NCBI GenBank assembly: GCA_002269645.1
Contig: NIVC01001938.1
Coordinates: forward strand, 1 to 64,000
Length of the DNA stretch: 64,000 bases
Reading direction: 5' to 3'
DNA from: Macrostomum lignano
Taxonomy: Eukaryota
In this document: in pieces, positions 48,481 to 61,256 of the stretch
How positions within the stretch are numbered: position 1 is the first letter of the stretch
Layout: each line of letters opens with the position of its first letter
Position numbers and translations under genes: made by a program
Notes under the pieces: model-generated
Told to the model about the DNA's origin: nothing
Databases searched by the model: none
What the model saw: only the letters and a program-made list of their open reading frames with translations

Positions 48481-49676
48481 AGCAACGCACCCATGACCTG
48501 AGACGGCCATGGTTACCGCTCTGATGCCCCTGAGGTTGAGTCCAAGCAGAAAGTTACTATTGTAGTTTACGAATAGACAATGTCAATAACAGATCTCGGA
48601 TCTGAGACAGATTCCTGACAATTAAGAAAAATATAAAATCTGTCAACTGCATTGGTGTATCGGTATGTATGTGTACGTGCGATATTGAGAGATTATAACA
48701 AGTTGTATTCTAGAGCCACGACTAGATATGGAATCCCATTGTATTCCTTTTCAAAGGGAGTCCTTGAAAAACCTCGATAGGATGTTTCGTTGGAACTTTT
48801 TTCAACCAATCCGGTAATTATCGACACTGCAGTCAGTTTGGCCCGAAGTTGAGCATACCCTTTTAGTCACATTGAACATTATGTATTAAAATGCTCGTAT
48901 TAAGTTATATTCAATTTTGGTTTAAAATTTGTTTAAATTTTCACACCTATCACCTGCTAAAGGCAGAAATATTATCCCAATCAGTTAATGGCTTTCGCAT
49001 ACTGGGAATGCAACCTCTGAAGTTTAAGTCCAATATTGGATACGAGTGTTTTGATTCTACTTAACCATACCTGTGTGATTGCAATGATTGCGTGATCTTC
49101 CATTGCAATACATTTTGTGTTGAGTTGAGCCATTTTTTCTCTTATAGACTTTGCTACTACAGAGTAACGCCTAAAAGCTGACTAAGACGGGTTGTTTCAT
49201 AATACATTTTACTCGAGTTGACCCACACTTTATTATTCAGTAAGTGCTTCAACTGATACGCGAAATTTGATATATGAAAATTAAAAGTATACATTTCGTA
49301 TAAGGTTGTGTTACATTATTTGTGTTGCGTGCATTACAACCCCTATTTTGAATGCTTTTTTGGTGTTTTATACCTAAACAGATCGATTTTAATTCGCCTA
49401 AATATACCCTTGTCACCATGCAATTTGAAGCTTTCAACTGAGAATTAGTTCTGACTGACAGTTCAGCGACAAGTGTTCTCTGATCTGCAGGTCAACGCAA
49501 TTATTTTGTCAATCCGAGAGAGTAGCAATCATGTAGACTCGTTCTTGACTATAAATATAGAGCAAAGGAGAGTCCTCAAGCTGCTGACTGAATAGGTTTT
49601 ATTACAAAATGCACCTCCAGTAGTTATTTCCAGCGCACTATAGTTCTATTTAAAAGCATCCGAATCCTACATTGTC

Positions 49677-52600
49677 ATGAAAGTTGCATCACTGGCTCAC
49701 CTAGTCGCCATCAGTGAGGCAGCGAACAATCTGACAAGTAGTGTACGCAAGGAGCTCAACGCAGGCAAAGTGACCTCGAAGAAGACGCCAGAAAGGTCGC
49801 GAACGGCTGCTGTGGTTGTCAGCCTGCCAGTCTCTAGATGGGGAGAAGTTTTTGAAGCTATCCAAGTTAGTTTTTGTTTATTTACAGTAGTAAACGTCTT
49901 ATATGCTTTATCATGTTATATACGACCCAAAACTTCATTCCAGACTGCCAATGCAGCCATTGAAAAGGTTGAGTTTCGTTCGAAAAAGGGCGAAAATGGT
50001 ACTGCAACAGCGTCCGACCTGTTTGTGCAAATCTGTCTCCTAGAAGACACTGATACGTGCTCTTCGTCTGCGTTGCAGTTATTAAGTAGCTGCGGCAAGG
50101 AGGTGCGCTTTCTACATGACAGTCGTGACGTAGAGGGAGATAAAATGACAGGTACTACACTTTAGTCTCTTGACATATATATAAATAATTTGTTTCCCAG
50201 AAACCTTGCTCCAAAACTCGCTCACTTCAGTTGCCGACAATCCTTGGTTTCCGAAAAGCGTAGCCGATTTGGACATTGTGATTAACAGGGTTCTGCTTCT
50301 GGAGCAGATGAACGACGTTGATCATCCCGTGAGCCGATGCGCCTTTGAGGCTTTTGACTTTTATGACGATATTCTATTTTAATTGCAATTCATTGAACTC
50401 TTTCTGGCAGAGCATGCAAGACGAGCAGTACAAAACGCGAAGGAAAATGTTTGCCCAACTGGCCTTCGACTACAAGCACGACCAACCCATTCCGGTGGTG
50501 GACTACACTGAAGAGGAGAATCGAACCTGGTCCATCGTGTTCAACCGTCTGTGCGAACTCTACGATAAGCACGCTTGCAAAGAGTTCCTGGAGAACTTCA
50601 AGGAGCTGAGAGAAATCGGCCTGTACAGGTAGGAAGTTTGACCGGTTTCACAGATATCTGGCAGTGTTAGTTGTTTGCTAATCAACGCGACAAGTGGACC
50701 CAGCTAGCGAGATGGCAAATACTCGTAGTTATGCTTTTTCCGCCAAAGAATATCTAGACAGAATGTCCGATCGCGCATCAAGCTTGATATAGTAATCAAA
50801 CTATCATACTACTTTTGTGGTGAAGCAGATGAGTTGTTTACAAACAAGACTTGGTTGTATTACACATTATTGTATTAAACCGATGACTACGCTCGTAGTT
50901 TACAAATGTGCCTTGAGTGCGATACATAATTTCGCTATCAGTCTACGACTTGTGTATTAGAGCCGATGGTTTTGAAACGTGTCTTGAGTGCATTTGGGGT
51001 CTTTGGGGGTCTTTTGCGATGCTTATCGAAGGTTACTGCAGGGATTACTTAAACTTAAGTAGTCCCTGGGTTACTGTGTCAGTAGCCGTACAGTTTATTA
51101 GTAAGAGATTGTCTTTTCGGTACGTTGCAGCAGGAGAGTGGAGGGGGGAAGAGAGCAAAGAAGAGAAGAGAGTGGGGAACAGTAGCTAAGGGCACGCAGC
51201 CACCGCATCAGCCATGACGACTAGGGCCGGGAAAACGCCCGACCACCACAAACCGCCCCCAAGCCCCCAACAGCAGCTCAGAAAGGGATTAGGTGCTTTC
51301 CGCTAACACCTGAGCACACATCCACATAACAGAAGCAAACTCAGCCAAATACTCACACAGGTTTTACAGAGGCACTGATTTTCTAGTTGTTGTTGAGCGA
51401 TAGTCGGCCCTCATTAGCGAGAATCACGGAATCAAGACTGGACATTTAACGTGAGATTATGACGCGGTAATGGCTAAACTACTCTGGCCCCTATTAGCAG
51501 TGATAATGCCTACTTTTTATCAATAAATCAATAAATCTATAAATCTTTCACCCCGCCGCAGGAGCGACCGCATTCCGCAGCTGCGCGACGTCTCCGACTT
51601 TGTGAGACGCCGCTCCGGCTTTACGCTCCGTCCCGTCGCTGGCTACCTGTCTGCTCGGGACTTTCTTTCAGCTCTGGCGCTGAGGGTCTTCTGCTGCACT
51701 CAGTACATCAGACACTGGGAGAAGCCGTTCTATACACCTGAGCCGTGAGTTGCACAGATGAGCTGGACTTCTTCTCAATGGCTCCTCGCCTTGGATACTC
51801 ACCTGCTTTTACCGTTGGTTACAGAGACTGCTGTCACGAACTACTTGGTCACGTGCCAATGCTGGCAGATCCAACATTTGCGCACTTCTCTCAAGAGATC
51901 GGCTTGGCATCGCTCGGCGCGTCAGAGGAGGACGTCAAGAAGCTCGCTACGGTTAGTCAACTCAGCTATTTGATTGACCTCTTAGATGCACACTTGATTG
52001 TGCTACAAGCAGATGATAAAACGTGTGGCCTATCGTTCCTTATTAACGAATTTGATTTTTCAGTGCTATTTCTTCACCGTCGAGTTTGGACTCTGCAAGG
52101 AAGCTGATCAACTGAAAGTATACGGCGCTGGTCTACTGTCGTGCGTTGATGAACTTGTGGTGAGCTAAGTGGCATGCTTAACCTTATGCTTCATCAAAAT
52201 GAACAGAAAATGATTTTAAACCCATTTTAACGAGTACAGAGCAGTTTAGCGATAACTACGTCTGACTTGCACCAAGACAATCTGGTTTGATTCCTGTGCG
52301 GTCCCATTATTAGACCTGGGGTTGTCGCGAGATTCACAGCCATGAGGGACAAACTCCAAAGCACAGAGAGTACATGCCTGACCCTGTGTGAGAGCGTGTG
52401 TGAGTGCGGCCTGCGTACAGTATTGACGCGCTTGCATGTGCTCAGGAGCCAGTGGAATGGGCAGAATTGCTTCAGCGCCATTTGCGGGACGATGTCGCCG
52501 AAAACATTGCGCTAATGTGGTCGCAAGCCTCCTGCAATTAGCTCTTATTCTCATTATTAACGAGTCATGCCATGGATGTGTTCCTTAATACCAAGACTTT

Positions 52601-53567
52601 CTTAGTAATCAAGGAACAATCACTTCTAGCTACTGATAGGCAACCCAGTAATCAATCAATGTTATCGCTTACCTTGAAGGTGTTGAATTCTCGTGAGTAG
52701 TTCTCCGGAACTTCTTATATTCAGTTAGTGCAGGCGCCTGACTTCTGTAGTTCCAGTCCAAGTTCCTTTTATCTGTCTCGAATTGCCTTCGACCGGTATC
52801 TGTAGTTCGGTCCAATAGGAAGCTTCGGTTCCAAATAAGCCTTCTCCTTCTAGCAGTGGCTTAATCCACTCTAGGTATATCTTCGGTAATCACTGATAGT
52901 CTTCGGGAGGCTATCAGGGTAAGTCCTTCTGGAGACTACTACCAATGGAGTCTCGAATAGACTCAGTCACAATATCACTTTTGAGTCGACTCAAACAACT
53001 AGGGCAAATGAGTAAGGCTTACCGCAAATAACTCAGCCGAGTCTTGGTTGACTTGGTCTGAAGGAAGATTCGTTGTTCTAAATAGTAACATGCTTCATAG
53101 TTTCCGCGCATGTTTTGCTGCGCATGTTTGCAGTAGTCTACTTACAGTAGCATTTTAGAATAATTATACTCTACACCATCTGAACATTTTAGCATTCGCT
53201 CAGCGAAAAGTCAAACGTATGCGAATTCGAGCCCGAACTTGTTGTGAAGCAGGAGTGTCGGATTACGACCTTCCAGGATGGCTACTTCTATACATCAAGC
53301 TTCACCGATGCCGTGACTAAGATAAGGTAAGACGTCATAAGAAGCGATTATTCTATGAATAGCTAATGGAAATTATGCAGAAGTTCGTATTAAATAAATT
53401 TCAGGAAGTTTTTCCAATCAGTGGAGCGTCGCCACCAGCTGGTGTACAATCCGTTCACCCAGTCTGTTGAGACAATCGCGAGCGTCGCTGATCTCTGTCG
53501 ACTATTCGAACGCATCAGTTTCGACCTTGATGTTGGACAGCGAATGCTGAAGAGTCTGGAGCGCTGA
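49677..53567 (+). CDS. TPH: Tryptophan hydroxylase paralog A (9 exons)
   Basis: ACT-like N-terminus; PWFP...DHP; [10 protein letters not shown]; [24 protein letters not shown]; CYFFTVEFG; ECRITTFQD; YNPFTQSV. Tyr in AGYLS and Phe in YFFTVEFG favour TPH over PAH/TH. Confidence 0.9.
52321..52590 (+). repeat. Dispersed intronic repeat, copy 2 (related to 18376-18650)
   Basis: Shared blocks as listed for copy 1. Confidence 0.5.
52660..53090. mobile_element. Possible solo LTR in a TPH-A intron
   Basis: TGTTA...TAACA inverted ends about 430 bp apart; no TSD seen. Confidence 0.25.
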
Positions 53568-54054
53568 AGATTATGCTTGAGCCTGCTAATGCTCCATCAA
53601 CTGGTTGCTGTTCTGTTCGATGAGGAAACTACTTTGGTGTCGGTATTGGTAACTCTATAGCTATACTTTTAATTATCATAGTAATTTTCAAAAATAGATA
53701 TTTTTGGATAGCCATATTTTCTAATTATCGCTCAATGCCTAATTCATCTAGTATTATTCAAATCTGATTGGCAATTAATAAACTGTATGGTTAACAACCA
53801 TTTTAAAGCAAATCAATCTTTGTGCCGATGCAAATTTTCAACTGAAATATACCACCATGTGCACTCAATGTAGTGTTAAGTTACGCGAGTCATTGAGCAA
53901 TTCTTAGGCCTGTGTAGTTCATTCTTTCGTAATTAAAGTTATTGAATTGAAGAGAACATGCTCAAAAGCCATGACGAATGAAACAAATTCTATGTATTTC
54001 ATGACATATGCTGAGTACATAATGTCCTACATGGTTTGTGATATTTAGTAGTCT

Positions 54055-54225
54055 ATTCCTGTGATCGGCACTCCGTGTCATGCGATCGGCACTCCATGTT
54101 CCGCGATCAGCACTACATGTAATGGGATCGGCACTCCATGTCATGAAATCAGCACTCCACGTGATTCTGTTAGCACTCCATGTATAAATGGGATCAGCAC
54201 TCCATGTCGTGCTATTAGCACTCCA
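54055..54225 (+). repeat. ~21-bp tandem repeat (GATCGGCACTCCATGT core)
   Basis: Directly visible between the TPH paralogs. Confidence 0.8.
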
Positions 54226-54734
54226 TGAAACTAACAATACAAGGTTTGTGTACAAAGATTGTACAAGGTCAAAGCCTACGTGTACATAGTTTATTCAATT
54301 TTTTTATTCCTTTCTTCGTTGCCCCCCCCTCCCAAGGGAGGAGGGTGCAACAGAACGCAGTCGTTTCTAGAAATTCTATCAGGCAAGACCCAGTCAAGTT
54401 AACCTGTCAACTTGGTCTACTTTGTGTTTACATTTCACGCCTGTCTGACAGTATGCAAGAGTTTCACGTGTGATACTCTAACAGTGAATAACTGCGGGCA
54501 ATATAATTTGATTCGAATGCAGGGTAACTTAGCCTCTAAACAAATAACGGTTCTAGCCCTGTGTTTTGCATTCAGAATTGCACAAATTTTTGTGGTGACC
54601 TCTCGTGGTACGAGCTATATTGGCACCCGAGCAGCCGTCACGAGCCAGACAGCTGATTCGCAACTACAGCACCCTAAATAAATAAGGCCACTTGTAATTA
54701 ATACTGACGACCTAGGAAGTCTCTACCAAAAGCG

Positions 54735-57700
54735 ATGAGCGATAGAAGAAGCACATCACCAACTGCTACTGGAGACCAGGTTAATGACGGTGCCTACCTA
54801 GAACTGGCTGGCGGGGCCGCACTTCGAATGGCTGGATCGCTACGCGAACGACTGATGCTGCAATCGAACAGTCAACTCTCCGAGCAGACGAATAGCTTAA
54901 GAATTGTAGCTCACCTGCCGTCAGATCAATGGGGTGATATTCTGCAAGGCATTCAGGTAATATAATTTTTTGGGTACGTGTAAAGGTCACGTACTGTCAG
55001 TGTCCTATGAAGACGGTCTGGGGAGGTCACGGCCCTTCTCAGAGACAGGAGCGGGCACCCACATACTAATAGAGAGTGGCAACGCACCTAATAGACAGGG
55101 GCACCCATGCAACTAACAGTGAGAAACCACATCAAAGACACGGGCACCCATACAATAGACAGTAGACCAACAGACCAAGAGCATCATTAGCAAGTACAAA
55201 TGAAGTTTAACTTACTCGTATACACTTATAACTACGCAATATACATGCTTAGCAGCCAATCAAACCAATGACTAATGTTATTGCAGGATGCCGGTTTCTC
55301 ACTGATCCACTTGGAATCGCATCGATCAGGTCAGCATAACGGCTGCCCAACCGACTTAGTGGTGGACGTGCGTCCCCCAAGTGATCATTTGGAAAAGGAC
55401 AGAGCGATTCACCAGCTTTCCAACTTGGGACTGAAGGTTTTGGTTTTTGAGGACACTAAAAATACGACATCTAAAGCTGTGAAGCTTGACTGCGATACTG
55501 GTAAGGTTTAAGGTCTTAGCAATGCTACGAGTATTTATTTTCGAATTTTTTTATTTATCTTGAAAACATTCTAACAAAACACGCTCAAAATCAATATAAA
55601 GACGAAGAAATTTGGTTTCCAAAACGACCTGCTGACCTGGATCAAGTGGTTGGCAGTGTCTTCCAAATTGAAGAGCAAAGCATCGACCATCCTGTAAGTT
55701 TTTGAAACAAACAATGTTCGACCATTTGATGTAATTACTCCATGCAAATAGCTACTCATTGAACTATTTCTGGTAGAGCATGCAAGACGAGCAGTACAAA
55801 ACGCGAAGGAAAATGTTTGCTCAACTGGCCTTCGACTACAAGCACGACCAGCCCATTCCGCTGGTGGACTACACTGAAGAGGAGAATCGAACCTGGTCCA
55901 TCGTGTTCAACCGTCTGTGCGAACTCTACGATAAGCACGCTTGCAAAGAGTTCTTGGAGAACTTCAAGGAGCTGAGAGAGATCGGCCTGTACAGGTATGT
56001 TTCAAACATTCTGTTCTACTAAGTATGTGACTAGCATTATGCATACGTTGTAGTCCTCAGGGCTTGAACGATATCAAGTGGTACACAAATATTAAGTTTT
56101 ATATAGTTTATAGTCAAATAGTATGTTCGTGTTCTAGAAACAGGCTTTTAAAGTTCGTAGAGACCGTGAAATATTTGGACAAGAAAATAACGACTACTAA
56201 CAAGTAGTGAAGAAGAAATATGAAGCTAATATTTATCATTTGTGCGGCAAAAGCCCATTGACAAGCAACTCAAGCGATCATTAACTTCATAAACCTGCAA
56301 GCCCACTTTTCCTATCGTAAAGTTACCAAAAACGATACAGCTCCTTTACCCCTCGAAGGAGCGACCGCATTCCGCAGCTGCGCGACGTCTCCGACTTTGT
56401 GAGACGCCGCTCCGGCTTCACGCTCCGTCCCGTCGCTGGCTACCTGTCTGCTCGGGACTTTCTCTCAGCTCTGGCGCTGAGGGTCTTCTGCTGCACTCAG
56501 TACATCAGACACTGGGAGAAGCCGTTCTATACACCTGAGCCGTGAGTTGCACAGATGAGCTGGACTTCTTCTCAATGGCTGCTCGCCTTGGATACTAACC
56601 TGCTTTTACCGTTGGTTACAGAGACTGCTGTCACGAACTACTTGGTCACGTGCCAATGCTGGCAGATCCAACATTTGCGCACTTCTCTCAAGAGATCGGC
56701 TTGGCATCGCTCGGCGCGTCAGAGGAGGACGTCAAGAAGCTCGCTACGGTACGTTATAGCTTTTATTTGCTACAACTGCATGTTATGCGACCACGCAGTT
56801 TTAATTTACAGAATTGATACCTTTTTTAGTGCTACTTCTTCACCGTAGAGTTTGGTTTCTGCAAAGAGGCTGGCCAACTGAAAGCGTACGGAGCTGGTCT
56901 GTTAGCCTGTGTGGACGAATTTGAGGTACAGAACCATAGAATTTTCTAAGCCAATTTAGCCTAGGAGCAAGCATTTAAATCCTCAATGAAGAGTCAAGCT
57001 ATTGAAGACTTGGTTTTCACTGTTAATGGCACAGAAGGGGGCCTGTGGAGCAGTCATCCGAAAATTTGGGCACGCAGTCCGCCCTCCACAGTTTTTCTAG
57101 ACTTGGGCCATTGACAATAACAGATTTTATTAGACAAAACGCGGATATGGCAGATGAAGAATTCCCTGAGCATTGATTGGGTTCGATTTCAATCTTTCCA
57201 GCACTACTAAATTTTAATTGAAAGTAAAACTCCAACATAACAAGCTCAACAGTCACCCCACTCGCAAAGCGTTACTTCAGAAAGGATTGATTGCAAGTCC
57301 AAATTCCCAGATCGATAACTGCAGCCAGCTTCTAAGCTTGATTGGCTTGGAAAATTCTGCACTAAATTTTTTTTACTATATGAGTTCTAATAGAACTTAG
57401 TATATAACTACAATTAACAATTTTAGCACGCAGTCAGTGACCGGGCTAAAATATGCAAATTCGACCCAGCAATCGTTTTACAGCAGGAGTGCAAGGTGAC
57501 CACTTTTCAGGACATGTACTTCTTTACAAACAGCTTCGCAGAAGCTAAGGAAAAACTTAGGTGAGGCATTTAAAGAATTCCTCAAATATCTATATTATAC
57601 ATTTTACAGACTTTTCTATGCGGTTTTAGGCATTTCGCAAATACTTTAAGGCGAAGGCAGGTACTCTTGTACAATCCGTACACTCAGTCCGTGGATTCGG

Positions 57701-57798
57701 CCACCAGCGCTTCATCGGAGGCTGTGAAGCACCTGCTGGACAGAATCTGCTGGGATTTGGAGAACGCAGTGCAAGTGGCTCAAGAATTGAACCACTGA
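54735..57798 (+). CDS. TPH: Tryptophan hydroxylase paralog B (9 exons)
   Basis: Same exon structure as A; [11 protein letters not shown]...DHP; identical [15 protein letters not shown]; CYFFTVEFG; ECKVTTFQD; YNPYTQSV. Confidence 0.9.
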
Positions 57799-59551
57799 TT
57801 GAATAGGAGCTTATTAATTGGATGAAACTCCACAATCAACGAAAATTATATACCCATTCAATACGACTTTTCATACAAGAGCAAATGCAGTAAAACGGAT
57901 TAAAGCTAAACAATTCTATTCATGTTTCTTTGCTCTATACGAGCTGTCTAATACTATGCGACATGAAGAAACACGAAACAACACTTTGATTGCTAAATGC
58001 TCGCTAAATGCGACATGAAGGTTTCATTTTAATTGAATTTTATTCTCACTCTTCAACAATGAAGGATTGAAGGCTATGATTTATGATTCGCCATTCTATG
58101 ATTCGCCATAGACAACTTCATATATGTACAGAGCTGATAGCTTCGGTTTTACGTCTTAAAATCATTTTTAACCTGCGTAGTGAATACTTACCTGCACCAC
58201 CATGGCTGACTTAGTTGCACACGATCAGCGAGCCATAATCAAGTTTCATGTGTTCTGCATGGGTGCCAACCAACTGAGATCTTCGATATGATGCAGCAAA
58301 CGCATCGTATCATTGGAGAGGACTCCAATTGAGGGATGGGGGCAATTCTTACAATGCAGCTCCTCATTGGAACATAGGAAGCAGATGGCTGTGAGAGCGC
58401 TGACAGCCATCGAATCATGGGGTGGGAAATCAAGGACAAACTTAAGTAGAAGGACGCAACACTCGAAATCTATGGTAAATGTTTTGAAGGCAACTTTTCG
58501 CCGAAAAATACACTACAGAGATAGGAGGTTTTAATTTTTTCAGCACAAAAATTGTTATTGCTTTTGATAGGAGGCAGACCCAGTGTTTATCTTTTGATGT
58601 GTTGTGCCTTTCTTATTGCTCTATCGAATGTGTAAAGCTTTTCGTTCAGAAATAGTTTTAAAGGCAGGTTTCACCAGAAAAATACACTACGGAGATAGAA
58701 AATTTCACGATTTTCAACACTAAAACAGTGATTGGGTCTCTTAACAGTGTCAGAGAAAGTTCTAATCACACTATTTTGTGCCTCACATGCTGCTCTAATG
58801 ACGCATTAATCGATTTTTCATGTTTAATTGGTCTTGTCATTATTTTAAACGTTTTTGTTATATGTTACTTGAGTAGTCCTTGTGGGAAATTCCTCCGTAT
58901 TCGCCAGATACTCCCCAGACCTCAGCCTCTTCTTCTTCATCCGCGCCATGAAGTTAATGCAGGGTCTGTTTATTGCTGTTTATTATTTGATTATAATTAT
59001 CAGGTAATACACAGAACTTTTTGTACAGCCCTCGAATTAAATTGAAGTATGTAAAGTATCTCAGTGCCTATCAGTCAGGATAGTAGTGCAAAATAGAGAC
59101 AGGATATAGAAAAAACTGCTAGCTATAGAAATAGCGAGTCAAAAAAATAGATATGGAACTCTATCAACTGAAAAGCTTGGTCCTATCAATTAAAACTATA
59201 TGAGCGCTAAAAACGACGAGAAGGGTTAACCATATTATATGAGTTACTTTAAGCCACTTTAAATTTGCTGGGCTGCTCTGTCCCAAGTGCTTCAACCCCT
59301 CTCCCCACTTCAAGTCGTAACTGTCAGGCAGGTATTATCGTTCATAATTTTTCTCCCCACAATGCATTAGCAAAGCCGTCAATAACAGATCCAGCATTGG
59401 TCGCAACTGCCACATCCTCTAGGGCCTGAATAATATATAAGAGCAATCAACAAGCTTTTATTTCAGTAGCTATAGTGCTCAGCCTCATCAAAACTGCCTG
59501 TCAGTGCTCATATTTTCAGAGAAACAACCAACTCACCCCAGTCAATCGAGC

Positions 59552-61256
59552 ATGCAGCGGCTTCTAGCTCTGCTGACTCTGTGCTCAGTAGCAGTCGCTG
59601 CAGCTGTTGAGCTGCACGAAGTTGACAGCCCGAGTTGGTCAGGTGATAAGGTGCGCCAGTTCAGTCTATCGTTCGCCAACCAAGCAAACAGTTTGTTGCA
59701 GTGCACTGCTTTTGCAGCCAAGTACCTGCTTAGCAATCAGCTTCTTGTCTTCATCGATGGAAGTCGAGTAGTAGAACCCCAATGCTTCTTTGGTGAGTCG
59801 GTTATACTATAATATCAGAAATAGCGCAAAAATGAACTTAGCTCAAGGGTCGGCATAATCAACGGCCCGCCAAGCCTCTCTATCCGGTCCTCGGGGTCCT
59901 TTGAAACTTCACAATGGCAATCTGGCACGCTCGATTTTTATGTCTCCTATTCAGCTCTATTCTCTCTAATCTCCTCTCCCTTTAAGGACGCTTTCCTTTC
60001 ATTCATTTTTGTTTGAAGCTTAATTGGTTCAACTTTAATTCATCGAAAACCAACGCGCTTTTTTAGCCTATCGAGCTCGCTGCCTCAAACTGCCGAGAAA
60101 CAGCCCCATGAAACTAGACAAGACACCATCGATGAAAGTAAGTTGACTGATTTGGTGATTTACCACCTGTTTCTTTACTTGAAACTCTATCTCAATTGAG
60201 TTACATGTATTTATTACAGGTTTTTGTGACGTCACTGGAAACCTGCTGGACTACAATTCAGCACAGAGTGGACAATACGACTGACTTCTACCGGAACTGG
60301 ACTGACTATGCTGTCGGATTTGGTCAGGAGCCGAGCAGGAACTTCTGGATTGGTGCGTATGTTGAGAAACGTACGAGCTAATTTGTTTGTAGATGAATTT
60401 TCCAGTAATCTAGGAAATACTTCTCAATTTTAGTAGCGAAACCGTTTTCATCAAGTCGAAAATAAACGCAAAATTCACATGAATGCATACAAAAAAGTAC
60501 TTGATGTTGATATTCTGATACCTATAGAATAGCTCAGAAAGCAGCATATTATCGAGTTCGGGTTGATAAGTTTGAGTAGGTAAGCGTAAGCAGAAACGTA
60601 AGCCAGTTAAGAAGAGCTGGCCGTGGTTAGTATGCAGTCAGACAGACGGTTTGCGTCACCTTGTCCAGATCGGCAGAAACCATGAGCAAGTTGATGTTGA
60701 GCTGAGAAAATGCACGACCTTATTTACCCTTTCTCATCACTTGACACTTCCGACAGATCTTTTTTTATTGCGATTCGATCATGCCAGTTGATCAGATCAG
60801 ATAAAATGCGAAATCTCTGCAACTCCAGGCCTTCGAACTCTTCACTGGCTCACTTCGCCAACTGATCGAACTCTTCGCGTGCGGATGAAGAAGTGGGACG
60901 ACACTGAGCACTGGGCTGAGTACAGCAGCTTCTCTGTTGCCGACGAGACTGACAAATTTCGTCTAAGGCTGTTCGGATTTTCGAGCTCATCAAACCAGGT
61001 TGGCGACTCGATGGCGATTCACAATGGTCTGCGTTTTAGTACCTTTGACTCGGATAATGATCTGTTCGCAGGCAACTGCCCTCAAATCTACAAAGGAGCC
61101 TGGTGGCACCGTGCATGTCACCTGGTCAATGGGAATGGACTCTACTACAATCTGCCTGAGGCTGCCAGAGTTCCCACGTTTGGCACTGGCATCAGTTGGT
61201 ACTATCGCTTCGGCTATGCCTACTCAATGAAAGAGTTCGAAATGCTTATTCAGTAA
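59552..61256 (+). CDS. Secreted fibrinogen-related (FReD) protein; exons ~59552-59792, 60068-60137, 60220-60352, 60829-61256
   Basis: Signal peptide MQRLLALLTLCSVAVAAA; WTTIQHR...DFYRNWTDYAVGFG...FWIGL; FSTFDSDND; C...YKGAWWHRAC...NGNGLY; GISW...SMK..EMLI. Confidence 0.88.
59844..59990 (+). mobile_element. hAT-like MITE fragment (copy 2 of 16901 family)
   Basis: CAAGGGTCGGC start and shared AAGCCTCTCTATCCGG...GGGGTCCTTTGAAA. Confidence 0.5.

Noticed and set aside
49677-57798. Phenylalanine or tyrosine hydroxylase assignment
   Set aside because: [23 protein letters not shown] and ITTFQD-type residues match TPH rather than PAH (AGLLS, YWFTVEFG) or TH (HSPEP).
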